The position numbers and the translations under genes were made by a program. Source: Promethearchaeota archaeon (GTDB lineage Archaea; Asgardarchaeota; Lokiarchaeia; Sigyniarchaeales; SOKP01). Taken from it: a stretch of 64,000 nucleotides of DNA. The DNA lies in the NCBI GenBank assembly GCA_030603385.1, contig JAUVXW010000006.1:64001-128000 (forward strand), given 5' to 3'. This document shows positions 48,372-58,694 of the stretch, one piece after another; the stretch's first letter is position 1, and each line of letters starts with the position of its first letter. The notes under the pieces are model-generated. The model searched no databases. It was not told where the DNA came from and was given only the letters and a program-made list of their open reading frames with translations.

Positions 48372-49466
48372 TTAAGAAGGGCATATACTTGTTGCATCAT
48401 TATCAACAATCGCTTGGAATTGACGTTTCGTATTTACTTCGAACAATTTTGTGGCTCTTGGATCACTCCTATCCAACTGAGAATACCCTATAGCAGGGAT
48501 ATATGCATAGCACATCAAAGATCTTAAATAAAATTGCCAGGCATAATCAAAGTCATAGCCTGTAATTCCTTTTTTTTCTAACTGCTTAATATAATGCTTA
48601 ACCATATCTCTTTCAATTTTTCTTCTCAAATCGATTTCAACGCTTTCACCTAAAAGGTATGCAATATCTAAAATACCTCCATTTACAACGGCTGATCCCC
48701 AGTCAATGATAATAATTGGATTTTCCTTATTATCCCAATCGAAGAACAGATTATCAACCCGAAAATCAAAATGAGAAATAGTCAAATTATCATCTGGTAA
48801 ATCCATAACCAACCAAGGGAATTGTTCATAAATTTTCTGTCCAGCTTTCTGACCACCTTCAGGAAGTATTTTTTGGAATTCTTCTGATTTTATTGAAAGA
48901 TCCCAACTAGTACGATAAGTATCGACTAAGGATCTTGACACCTCATCCCTAGGTTTAGGCATCCAATCAAATGAAAAAAGATCTGGAGAATCCCACCATC
49001 TTGAATGAAATTCAGTTATAACATCTATTACTTGTTTAGTTTGTTCTTCATTTAGACCTTTTATTTGGTCTATTTGATCATAACATGAACAATCCTCTAG
49101 AATGAGAATATATCTTTTTGTTTCTTTATCAAAATCATAATGAATAACTCCTGGAACTCGTATTGGGCTTTTTGGTGCTACTTCTGTATAAAATCTAATC
49201 TCTCTCTCATATAGATTATATTGTTCAGCAATAGCTAAGGCAGTTCTAAAAGTCGTCGGCATTTTTGCAATCATTGTTTCTGGGGCTTCGGGAGATTCCT
49301 TATCATAAGTTATTGTTAATCGTGCCATATCACTTACAAATCCTTCCCCTGCGCCCCACGGTTCTCTCGAAATTGATTCGATGTTTATATCTTTGAGATA
49401 TCCTGAGCTATGAAGAGCTTCATTTAACCATTCTGAAGTTATTCTTTTTGTTCGTTTAGGTATCAT
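48372..49466 (-). CDS. Phosphotransferase (EcKL/choline-kinase-like)
   Basis: REIRFY, SHFDFRVDN and IIDWG. Confidence 0.8.
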   Translation of the reverse strand: MIPKRTKRITSEWLNEALHSSGYLKDINIESISREPWGAGEGFVSDMARLTITYDKESPEAPETMIAKMPTTFRTALAIAEQYNLYEREIRFYTEVAPKSPIRVPGVIHYDFDKETKRYILILEDCSCYDQIDQIKGLNEEQTKQVIDVITEFHSRWWDSPDLFSFDWMPKPRDEVSRSLVDTYRTSWDLSIKSEEFQKILPEGGQKAGQKIYEQFPWLVMDLPDDNLTISHFDFRVDNLFFDWDNKENPIIIIDWGSAVVNGGILDIAYLLGESVEIDLRRKIERDMVKHYIKQLEKKGITGYDFDYAWQFYLRSLMCYAYIPAIGYSQLDRSDPRATKLFEVNTKRQFQAIVDNDATSICPS

Positions 49467-49571
49467 TTTTCAAAGTTACTTCATCTTTTATTATTAAATC
49501 TAGATTTCACCTTGATGCTTAAAATATTTTCTCTAAAATTAAAAAATTTTATTCTAAATTAGAAAAGAATT

Positions 49572-50420
49572 TTAGAGTAGTCCATATTTTTCTTGCATAC
49601 TACGGATGAAATCAGCACCTTCTTTTATAAGCACATCTCCGCTGGGAGCAAGCTGACGCCACACCCATGTATTCATGTTATCTGTCACATCTACAAAACT
49701 CTCTAGTGCCGCATATCCCTGATAGTTAATTTCTGAAAGTGCTTTAAAAATGCCGTCCCAATCAACCAATCCTGTCCCAGGGATGCCACGATCATTTTCA
49801 CATAAATGGTAATGGATGAGTTTATCACCGGCAAGCTTGGTGGCTTCATAAAAACTTTTTTCTTCTATGTTCATATGATAAGTATCAAGATGAATCCTCA
49901 TATTATCTTCTCCAATCATGTCTAGTAATTTTAGGGCTTGTTCGCACGTGTTAACAAGATACGTCTCATATCGATTTACAGGTTCAAGAGCGATTGTGAC
50001 ACCTAAAGGTTTAGCATATTTTGCAACCTCCTTTAAGCATTCAGCAGAAATTTTCCAAGTTTGTTCTGTTGGCCTATCTCTTGTAACTTTAGTGTGTTGA
50101 GAATATATCACACCTGATAAGCTTATACCACCGACATCATATGTTGCTTTAACACAGGTTTTTAAGTAATCGACGCCTTTCGCTCGAATTTCTGCATTAT
50201 CACTAGTTATGTCTGTGTCCTCAAATAAAACTGTTGATGTAACTATATCGAGTCCAACTTTTTTTAATCTTTTTGAAACAGCATCCACATCAAAATCTTC
50301 TAATACCATCAAGGGTATTTCTATAAAATCTAATCCTAATTTTTTTACTCTATCAATCAGATCAAGAGTTTCATTACTCCATTGAGAGCAAAATGCATAG
50401 GCATGGATTCCCAACTTCAT
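49572..50420 (-). CDS. Ketose 3-epimerase-family sugar isomerase/epimerase
   Basis: LEPVNRYET, HLDTYHMNIEE and HLCENDRGIPGTG. Confidence 0.88.
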   Translation of the reverse strand: MKLGIHAYAFCSQWSNETLDLIDRVKKLGLDFIEIPLMVLEDFDVDAVSKRLKKVGLDIVTSTVLFEDTDITSDNAEIRAKGVDYLKTCVKATYDVGGISLSGVIYSQHTKVTRDRPTEQTWKISAECLKEVAKYAKPLGVTIALEPVNRYETYLVNTCEQALKLLDMIGEDNMRIHLDTYHMNIEEKSFYEATKLAGDKLIHYHLCENDRGIPGTGLVDWDGIFKALSEINYQGYAALESFVDVTDNMNTWVWRQLAPSGDVLIKEGADFIRSMQEKYGLL

Positions 50421-50493
50421 TTTTCTCCCATTCGAAAATTTTTTTAGAAAGTTTAAATAAAAATAATAATAAAAAGCTCTTTTCTAACGCATT

Positions 50494-51663
50494 CTATCTG
50501 TCATAGCTCTTTTTTAAAAGATTCATAACATCATCGGCGTTCGGTACTATCGCATGATTTGTGTAATCAGGGAGCTGAAAAGTATCTTTAGCTATATCTT
50601 TTAATATACTTTCAGATACATTTTTATCTCTAAAGCTCATCCACATTCCGATTTCTTTAAGGAACTTATCCATTTCATCACTGCTTTTTTCTGCCACAAT
50701 TTCGTCAGATTCATCATTTAAGGCGGGATTGAATAATCTAGCAACTGTTGCATATTCCTTAATTAAATGTTTCCAAGTCCATCGATTTATTGCCGGGTAC
50801 ATAATAGATAGCGCTTCCCCATGTGCGACATGGGAAGCACTTCCACCAATGGCCATTCCCATCCCATGCGGTAATGTTACACCCGAATTAGTAATAGCAA
50901 GTCCTCCAAGTGTATTTGCCCAATGGAGTGCTTCTCTGGCTTCTTTATTTTGTCCATCTTTTATTGCAATTGGCAAGTTCTTAATTACAAGTCTCATTCC
51001 TTCTAAAGCGTGCATATCTATATAATCAGAAGCATTTGCATTATGAGTGTATGCTTCAAATGAGTGACAAAATGCATCCCACCCTGTAGACGCTGTGACA
51101 TGCGGAGGCAACGTTAGTGTTAATTCAGGATCGACAATTCCTACAGTTGGACATAATAATTTATCATAAAGCGCATACTTGGAATGTATGTCTGTCTTTG
51201 TTAATACAGCAGCAGGAGTAACTTCTGATCCAGTCCCTGCGGTAGTGGATACAGCAATGATTGGAAGTAATTTATCTTCAATCGGTTTTCCTTCAATTAC
51301 ACGGTATTCCCATGCGTCTCCTTCATGAGTAACCCCAACTGAAATACATTTAGCAGTATCCATACTTGAACCACCTCCAACTCCTAAAATTACATCTACA
51401 TTATTCTTCTCACCAATTGTGACTCCGGCATTAACGTTATCCGTTGTTGGATTGGGTTGTACTCCATTAAAATGAAATACCTCGACTCCCGCATCAGCAC
51501 ATAACTTCTTTATTCTTTTAAATACGGGTTCAAGAGCAGGAAAAGGTTTAACCGTTACCATTAGGCACCGTTTACCATGTTCTGCTACAATTTCACCTAC
51601 TTCAGAGACTATCCCCCAACCAAATCGAAGATCAGTTGGATTATAATAATTTATATTCCTCAA
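50494..51663 (-). CDS. Iron-containing alcohol dehydrogenase
   Basis: GGGSSMD, TTAGTGSE, DAFCHSFE and HG motifs. Confidence 0.92.
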   Translation of the reverse strand: MRNINYYNPTDLRFGWGIVSEVGEIVAEHGKRCLMVTVKPFPALEPVFKRIKKLCADAGVEVFHFNGVQPNPTTDNVNAGVTIGEKNNVDVILGVGGGSSMDTAKCISVGVTHEGDAWEYRVIEGKPIEDKLLPIIAVSTTAGTGSEVTPAAVLTKTDIHSKYALYDKLLCPTVGIVDPELTLTLPPHVTASTGWDAFCHSFEAYTHNANASDYIDMHALEGMRLVIKNLPIAIKDGQNKEAREALHWANTLGGLAITNSGVTLPHGMGMAIGGSASHVAHGEALSIMYPAINRWTWKHLIKEYATVARLFNPALNDESDEIVAEKSSDEMDKFLKEIGMWMSFRDKNVSESILKDIAKDTFQLPDYTNHAIVPNADDVMNLLKKSYDR

Positions 51664-51679
51664 TTATTTCCACCTATTT

Positions 51680-52702
51680 TTAGTTTACATCAATAAGAAC
51701 TTTCATTACTTTATCTTTTTTATCATCAATAAATTTATAAGCTTTACTATAATCCTCGAATGGAAAGTGTATAGTCATCAATGATTTAAGGGTTATTTTT
51801 TTCGCGTCTACAAGCTCAATAGCTTTAATATAATCATCAGTTTGATACATTAAAGTACCAATCAACCTGAGCTCACGATCTTGCACAAATCCAAGATTAA
51901 CAGCAGGTTTATTACCAAAAACACCAACAACTATTATATCAGATCCTTTTCTTGCGTTTTCAATTGCAGTATCTATTGTTTCATTGGCACCAACACATTC
52001 TATTATTAAGTCTGCTTTATCTGATCCAAACGCTTTTACAATTTCCTCAGACAGATCTTGTTTTGTTGGATTAATAGTAAAGTCAATCCCTACTTCTTTT
52101 GCTATTCCTAATCGAAAATCACTCAAATCTGTAATCATTACTGCTTTAGCTCCAAGAGCTTTAGCAGTCTGTCCTACTAAGTTTCCAATAGGACCAGCTC
52201 CTAGTACCAAAACATTAAAGCCTGTAATATCTCCGCCTCTTGACACAGCATGAACTGCTACGGCACAGGGTTCAATCATAGCGCCTTGTTCATATGTCAT
52301 ATCATCAGGAAGCTTTATTACTTTTTCTGAATCGACAGCAAAAAACTCGGAACCTGCTCCAGTTGTTTGAAATCCCATTACTTTCAGATCATCACAAATA
52401 TGATATTTTCCATGAGTACAAGGGTAACATTTATTGCACACAACCTGAGGTTGAATGGTTACTTTATCACCTGGTTTAAGATTCTTTACATTTAGACCAA
52501 TATTTTCAATTTTACCAGAAACCTCATGTCCTTGAGTAACAGGATAATCAGTATATGGATGTTTTCCATGATAAACGTGAATATCGCTTCCACACACACC
52601 AATTCTCATTATTTTTACAAGGACATCATTTTGCTTTAACTCAGGAATCGGAATATCATGAAACTCTATTTTACCTGGAGCTGTCATTACTTCTTGCTTC
52701 AT
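51680..52702 (-). CDS. Zinc-dependent polyol/sugar-alcohol dehydrogenase
   Basis: GVCGSD, GHE, CNKCYPC...C and GAGPIG. Confidence 0.92.
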   Translation of the reverse strand: MKQEVMTAPGKIEFHDIPIPELKQNDVLVKIMRIGVCGSDIHVYHGKHPYTDYPVTQGHEVSGKIENIGLNVKNLKPGDKVTIQPQVVCNKCYPCTHGKYHICDDLKVMGFQTTGAGSEFFAVDSEKVIKLPDDMTYEQGAMIEPCAVAVHAVSRGGDITGFNVLVLGAGPIGNLVGQTAKALGAKAVMITDLSDFRLGIAKEVGIDFTINPTKQDLSEEIVKAFGSDKADLIIECVGANETIDTAIENARKGSDIIVVGVFGNKPAVNLGFVQDRELRLIGTLMYQTDDYIKAIELVDAKKITLKSLMTIHFPFEDYSKAYKFIDDKKDKVMKVLIDVN

Positions 52703-52799
52703 AATTTTTACTCTTTTTTTTTCTTATAATTCTATACAAAGACAGAATATTCTTAATAGTTTTAATATTCCCATTCTAAAAAAGAAAAGGAAAGAACTC

Positions 52800-54878
52800 A
52801 TGGAAAAAAATTTCATTTTATATTGGAATTTTGATGAAATCTTTGATGGAAAAGGCATCTTAGAATTAGTATCAAATAAAAAAGATCAAATTATAGGATA
52901 TGCGGATCTTTTCGATGGTATTAAGGGAAAAGCGCTCAGATTCGATGGTTATACAACTCATCTAACGATCCCAAAGAATAGACTTCCTGAATCCCTTGAA
53001 CAGTTTACCATTAGTGCATGGATAGCTAATGGTGCTTATACATGGAACGAGGGACCTATTATCGAAAATTATGATGAAAAAAATGGATTCTTTCTTGGTG
53101 TGACTGCTAATGGAAGAATCCGTTTTAAAGTAATAATTAATGGAGAAGCATTAAAAGTTGAATCTGAACCGAAAACGCCACTTTTCAAATGGATGAATGT
53201 TACAAGCGTGTTTGATACTGCTCGTGGAATATATCTCTATATAAACGGTGAATTGAAAGATTTCATGGATATTAAAGAACTCGTAGGAAAGGTGAGCCTT
53301 CCCAATGATTCGATTAATATAGGCAGAGCTGCCAAGGACGTTCGACCTACAAATGGAGTGAATAACGGTGGTCATTTTGCTTGTCCGATTTACCTTGACG
53401 GAATCATTGACGAACTAAAATTTTTTGATAAAGCATTATCTGTCGAACAAATTAAAGAAAGATTCACGAGTATCAAAGAAATAGGAGAACCTCCCTTGGA
53501 AAAACGCGGACTTCCATCATTTCCTAAAGGTCCAAACAGATTCGGGGCATATTACACTACGCTTAAATATTATAAAGAATGGGATCGTCTTTGGAGAGTA
53601 AAAGACCACGCGGATGTAGTTGTTCTCTTTGATGAGATGCCCGTTAAATACGTTTTTTGGAGGGGTTTGAATTACATTTCTGCATGGGTAACAGGTAATG
53701 GGATCTGGTATACGAACGAATTTAACGAAACATGGGCGGATAAATTTGATCCAGACATAAACGGATGTGCCGAACCGATGTCTGATAAACAGTGCAAGAC
53801 TTCTCATGTCAGGATTATAGAATCAAATGACGCCCGAGTTATAGTGCATTGGCGTTATGCCCTTATAGACACGAATTATAGACAGGCTAGAGTAGATCCA
53901 CTTACCAAATGGGGTGATTGGTCAGATGAATATTATGTAATCTACCCAGATGGTATCGGGATTCGAGATATAACTCTTCATAGTTCTCAACCAATGGAAC
54001 CTCACGAATTTCAAGAGTCAATAGTCATTATAGGTGAAGGAATGACTCCTGAAGACGCCTATGATTTAGATGCAGTTACTTTTTTCAACATGAAAGGTGA
54101 ATCATATACATATAGTTGGGAAAAGAAAGGTACCATGTTCTTCCTGAGTCCAAAAAATAAAAATATTGAAATTATCAATGTAAAATCAGAAACTGTTCCT
54201 TTTTTAATTGTTTCGGATGGTCCCTGTGTCGTTGCAGGAAAAAAGTTCAACGGAAAAAAGCGTCGTAACCCATATTTCCAACCTTATTCCCCTTTTGTAA
54301 AAAGCGGATCATATTTTCCTTGGTGGAATTCTTGGCCTGTCGCTAACATCCCTACGGATGGAAGATTTACTTCCGTTTCCGACCGTCCAGGACATACTAA
54401 CGTCTCGACAGAAGCAGAATGGGCTGATTATGAGTTAGGTCCGGAATTAAGGAGGAGGATCATGCTTCATGGCGTTTGGGATAAGAGTGATAAAGAGAAC
54501 TTGGTTAATTTGGCTAAATCTTGGCTTAGAGCCCCTGAAATCGAACTGAAAACTAGCGCATATAGTACTGAGAATTATATTCAACATGAGAGAGCATATT
54601 ACTTCATGTGCAAGGATCCAGATTTAAACATCCCTCTTGAATTCAAGATTAATGCGAGTGATGAGCATCCAATAATGAACCTTGCACTTGTAATCCGAAA
54701 TTTAGATGCAGATATCATGCTTAAAATCAACGGGGGGGAAGTTCCTCGTGGAAAAAACTTTCGATATGGCATAGAGCATGATCTTGATGAAAATAAAATA
54801 GTGATATGGATTAAATTAAATATCACAAAACCTACGATAATAAAACTAATCCCTAAAGAGGTAAATAATAGTGAGTGA
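52800..54878 (+). CDS. LamG/concanavalin-like domain protein
   Basis: YWNFDE, GKALRFDG, FTISAWI and GIIDELK, followed by a large uncharacterised C-terminal region. Confidence 0.75.
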   Translation: MEKNFILYWNFDEIFDGKGILELVSNKKDQIIGYADLFDGIKGKALRFDGYTTHLTIPKNRLPESLEQFTISAWIANGAYTWNEGPIIENYDEKNGFFLGVTANGRIRFKVIINGEALKVESEPKTPLFKWMNVTSVFDTARGIYLYINGELKDFMDIKELVGKVSLPNDSINIGRAAKDVRPTNGVNNGGHFACPIYLDGIIDELKFFDKALSVEQIKERFTSIKEIGEPPLEKRGLPSFPKGPNRFGAYYTTLKYYKEWDRLWRVKDHADVVVLFDEMPVKYVFWRGLNYISAWVTGNGIWYTNEFNETWADKFDPDINGCAEPMSDKQCKTSHVRIIESNDARVIVHWRYALIDTNYRQARVDPLTKWGDWSDEYYVIYPDGIGIRDITLHSSQPMEPHEFQESIVIIGEGMTPEDAYDLDAVTFFNMKGESYTYSWEKKGTMFFLSPKNKNIEIINVKSETVPFLIVSDGPCVVAGKKFNGKKRRNPYFQPYSPFVKSGSYFPWWNSWPVANIPTDGRFTSVSDRPGHTNVSTEAEWADYELGPELRRRIMLHGVWDKSDKENLVNLAKSWLRAPEIELKTSAYSTENYIQHERAYYFMCKDPDLNIPLEFKINASDEHPIMNLALVIRNLDADIMLKINGGEVPRGKNFRYGIEHDLDENKIVIWIKLNITKPTIIKLIPKEVNNSE

Positions 54879-55350
54879 TGATATAATTCAAAAAGCAAAG
54901 AGAGTTTTAGGGAAAATGGGGAAAAAAGACCTATACGGAAAGCACCTTCAACCCTTTCTTGATGTTTTAAAATATCTCACAAATAAATCTGAATATGCTG
55001 AGGATGAACTTTATGGTTGGGAAAAGGTCGTTCAAGTTAATTTAAGAGACACTGAAAATTTCTATATAAAAACAAATAAACCTTTCGCAGAGCATCCTAA
55101 ATTAGTAATAAAACAAGGAAATGCCGATAATCCTGATGCTACCATTATTACTGATGGAGATACTTTTACAGGGATCATGTGTGGAAGAGCTAATTTATTT
55201 AGGGAAAATCCCGATATATTTAGAATCGAAGGAGACGATACACAGGTATATATATTTTTCATGTTGTTAAGGCTTACCAGACAAGAACATGTAGAACAAC
55301 AAAGGCAAGCAGAAGCAAAAAGAAGCGGAAAAAAAATTAAAATTGAATAA
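54871..55350 (+). CDS. SCP2-like domain protein
   Basis: QGNADNPDATIIT...FRIEGD. Confidence 0.55.
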   Translation: MSDDIIQKAKRVLGKMGKKDLYGKHLQPFLDVLKYLTNKSEYAEDELYGWEKVVQVNLRDTENFYIKTNKPFAEHPKLVIKQGNADNPDATIITDGDTFTGIMCGRANLFRENPDIFRIEGDDTQVYIFFMLLRLTRQEHVEQQRQAEAKRSGKKIKIE

Positions 55351-55536
55351 AAAATTGTTATCAAATCATTTTGTTAAAATTTACACCAAAATTATATTGA
55401 TATTACAGAGTTAAAAGTCTCTGTATTGATATTAAACTGATTATCAATTATCATTACCTAAAAAAATAAATTCCATAAACAATTTTAATAAATTGATTTT
55501 CAAACTTATTTTAAAATAATAAGGGACTAAGACATT

Positions 55537-56661
55537 ATGAGTTCTAAGAAAAGAGATTACTATGAAGTTCTAGGAGTAGGTAAAGATGCTTCCACAAATG
55601 ATATAAAGCTAGCTTATCGTAGATTAGCAAGAAAGTTTCATCCAGATGTAAATAAAACTGATCCAAAGGCAAAGGAAAAATTTATCGAGATTCAAGAAGC
55701 TTATGAAGTATTGAATGATGAAAATAAAAGGAGAAATTATGATCGTTTCGGTCATGGCGGAGTGCAGGTTGATATGAGTGATTTCTTTTCAGGAGGAATT
55801 CCTGGCATCGATGAACTCTTCAGAAGTATTTTTGGTGAATTTAGTCCTTTTGGTGGTTTTAATGGTTTTGGTGGGGTTGGTTCGCGAACAAGAAGAAGAA
55901 CAGCCCCTCGTCGAGAAGTAGGACAAGATATTGAGGATTATATAGAAATTAGTTTTGAAGAAGCTATGTTCGGGGTGAAAAAAGATGTTCCGATTAAACG
56001 ATATACTCCGTGTGATGAATGTGAAGGAACAGGAGCAGAAGATCCCTCAAGTGTAATTACTTGTCCAGAATGCCAAGGAACTGGTCGAATTAGAAAAATG
56101 ACTCAATCAGGATTTGGTACAATTATTCGCGAATCCGCCTGCTACGTTTGTAAAGGCACTGGACAAGTTATAGAAAAGAAGTGCAAAGTATGCAATGGTA
56201 ATAAAGTTGTTCCTGAGGAAAAAATGATTCATGTTAATATCCCTCCTGGAGTAGAAAATGGTGTCCATCTAAAAGTACAAGGTGCAGGGCATGTCCCTTC
56301 TGTTAATGCAATACCTGGTGATCTTTATTTAGGAATTAGAATAACCAATAATGAAAAATTTATACGGAGAGGGAATGATCTGTATACTCCTACTAATATT
56401 GATATAGTTACTGCAATTGTAGGTGGAAAAATTAAAGTACCTACTCTAGATTATAAGGAAAATAAGATTACTGAGAAAGAATTGCCAATCCCCGCTGGAA
56501 CTCAACCAGGTACAGAATTCCGAATTAAAAATCGAGGAGTTTCTTATATGCGTGGAAGAGGAAGAGGAGACCAATATGTAATTGTTAACATCGAAATACC
56601 GAAAAAAATATCAGAAAAACAAAAAGAATTATTATTGAAATTTCGGGAATTAGATAAGTAG
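55537..56661 (+). CDS. dnaJ: Chaperone DnaJ
   Basis: J-domain HPD, G/F region and four CxxCxGxG-type motifs. Confidence 0.97.
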   Translation: MSSKKRDYYEVLGVGKDASTNDIKLAYRRLARKFHPDVNKTDPKAKEKFIEIQEAYEVLNDENKRRNYDRFGHGGVQVDMSDFFSGGIPGIDELFRSIFGEFSPFGGFNGFGGVGSRTRRRTAPRREVGQDIEDYIEISFEEAMFGVKKDVPIKRYTPCDECEGTGAEDPSSVITCPECQGTGRIRKMTQSGFGTIIRESACYVCKGTGQVIEKKCKVCNGNKVVPEEKMIHVNIPPGVENGVHLKVQGAGHVPSVNAIPGDLYLGIRITNNEKFIRRGNDLYTPTNIDIVTAIVGGKIKVPTLDYKENKITEKELPIPAGTQPGTEFRIKNRGVSYMRGRGRGDQYVIVNIEIPKKISEKQKELLLKFRELDK

Positions 56662-56666
56662 AAATA

Positions 56667-57614
56667 TTACGCGTGAGTCTCAAGCCATTCAATTACATCA
56701 TTAAAGACTTCATCACGATTGATTTCATTAAATAGTTCATGCCTTGCGTTTTCATAGAATTTATATGTAACATTTGTATTACCGTATTTCTTAAGACGAT
56801 TAATCATTGCTTTAACACCTTTAGTTTTATTTCCAATTGGACATAAAGATCCTGAGATAAAAAATATCGGTAAATCCTTTGGTATTTTATTTTCATTTTC
56901 AGCATTATATATTTTATCAAATCCAAGGATGAATTCCAACCAAAGAGTAGCAGGAGGGACAAATCCACACCACGGGTCATCAATATACTTTTGAACTTCG
57001 GATTTATCTCTACTAAGCCATTCAAATCCTGTAGCATCTTCATCCTTTTTCCACTCTCGATTATTAGATTTAAAATTCATATTATACATTTTTTGGCTAG
57101 GTGTTGTAGGACCCAATTTCTTAATCTCTCCTTTAAGAATAATCTTTCCAGCTTTAATCACAAGAGCTCTTACCTTCCCATTAGTACCACTTAGAATACA
57201 TCCCTTTATTTCATCTCCCCATTCCTGAATATAATCTTGTGTTATAAATGCACCCCATGAATGCCCTATTAAAAATAGTGGAAGATTAGGATGTTCATTC
57301 TTGATAATTATTGACAACTCATGAACATCATTTACAACTCCCCGCCATCCATTTTGACCTAGAACTCCCGCTTTTCCCTCTAAAGTGGCTTCTGTTAAAT
57401 CCCCCGCAGTTAGTCCGTGTCCACGTTGATCATTTGCATAACAAACGAACCCTTCTTTGCATAAAACCTCAGCAACTCCATTGTATCTTCTAGCATGTTC
57501 TGCTAATCCATGAAGTATCTGAACAACAGCCTTTGGTTCAGTGTCTGGTTCCCATTTGTATACAAAAATCTCAATACCATCTTGATCAGTAAAAGTAAAA
57601 GTTGAACTTTTCAT
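56667..57614 (-). CDS. Alpha/beta hydrolase (lysophospholipase/monoglyceride lipase-like)
   Basis: HGLAEH, DQRGHG, GHSWG and ARHE. Confidence 0.9.
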   Translation of the reverse strand: MKSSTFTFTDQDGIEIFVYKWEPDTEPKAVVQILHGLAEHARRYNGVAEVLCKEGFVCYANDQRGHGLTAGDLTEATLEGKAGVLGQNGWRGVVNDVHELSIIIKNEHPNLPLFLIGHSWGAFITQDYIQEWGDEIKGCILSGTNGKVRALVIKAGKIILKGEIKKLGPTTPSQKMYNMNFKSNNREWKKDEDATGFEWLSRDKSEVQKYIDDPWCGFVPPATLWLEFILGFDKIYNAENENKIPKDLPIFFISGSLCPIGNKTKGVKAMINRLKKYGNTNVTYKFYENARHELFNEINRDEVFNDVIEWLETHA

Positions 57615-57728
57615 TTTATTATCATCTTTTTTTTATTTTTATTTTTTTATACAGTTTAATTATTAATTTATTAGTTAATTTCTTCTTATGATACTACAAT
57701 ATATAAAATTTTTATCAATGATGATTCT

Positions 57729-58256
57729 ATGAATACTAAAATTCTAATTACTGGCCCTCCTCGATGCGGTAAGTCAACTTTAATAGTTAAATTAATTGAA
57801 TATTTTTCTAAAAGACAAATCACTGTACATGGTTTTTTAACTCCAGAAGTTAGAGAAGGAAGTAATCGAATTGGGTTCGATATTGAAGATATTAAAACAA
57901 AAGAAAGGGAAAAATTAGCAAGAAAAGGGAATTATAGTACTAAATATCATTTAGGCAGCTACTGTGTATTTATAGAAAGCTTTGAGAAAATTATCTCAAA
58001 ATATGAAGATATTCGATTTCAGGAAGGAGATTTAATTATAATTGATGAGATTGGAAAAATGGAACTATTTTCCAAAAGATTTCAGAATTTCATTACAAAA
58101 ATATTTGCTTCTAATATTTCAATTATAGCAACAATTGGATTAACAGTTAAACATCCAATAAGGGAACACCTTTTAAACATCCCAGATGTTAACCTTTTCA
58201 ACTTAGACCGTCAAAATTTTCAAAGGACTTATCAAAAGATAATCTTAATGATATAG
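57729..58256 (+). CDS. THEP1/NTPase_1 nucleoside triphosphatase
   Basis: TGPPRCGKST, GFLTPEVR and IIDEIGKMEL. Confidence 0.92.
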   Translation: MNTKILITGPPRCGKSTLIVKLIEYFSKRQITVHGFLTPEVREGSNRIGFDIEDIKTKEREKLARKGNYSTKYHLGSYCVFIESFEKIISKYEDIRFQEGDLIIIDEIGKMELFSKRFQNFITKIFASNISIIATIGLTVKHPIREHLLNIPDVNLFNLDRQNFQRTYQKIILMI

Positions 58257-58341
58257 GGAATTAACACACACCCCTATAAATCCATCTTATTAGACTTTTT
58301 TTTCACAAAACTTTATATTAAGTAAGATAGAGTCTTATAGT

Positions 58342-58479
58342 ATGAAAGGAGATCTGTTTCTGAAATGGAAATGTGATAATTGCGGTCATGAGTTTGATTC
58401 AGATGACTTCCCAGAAGAAGGATTTAAATGTCCGGGATGTGGCGGCGAAGATTGTTCCTTTAGCCTTTTAGAACCGTAA
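58342..58479 (+). CDS. Small rubredoxin-like/zinc-ribbon protein (45 aa)
   Basis: MKGDLFLKWKCDNCGHEFDSDDFPEEGFKCPGCGGEDCSFSLLEP*; below the ORF-track cutoff. Confidence 0.75.
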   Translation: MKGDLFLKWKCDNCGHEFDSDDFPEEGFKCPGCGGEDCSFSLLEP

Positions 58480-58694
58480 TAATTCTCAATAAATGTCATT
58501 TCTAAATTGGATCTTCTAGAAATTCTTGCTAAATTGGTCTTAAGAAGATAATTTTACTAAAGAAGAATTTATAATCTTAATGGAGAATTGCCTAAAAACC
58601 CCTTTTGAGTTTTGTGTAATTTAATTTGTCCTTCTATAATTCCCATTCTACTGTTTTGTTAAAATTTATAAGGGTAGAACACGATTAGAATGGT

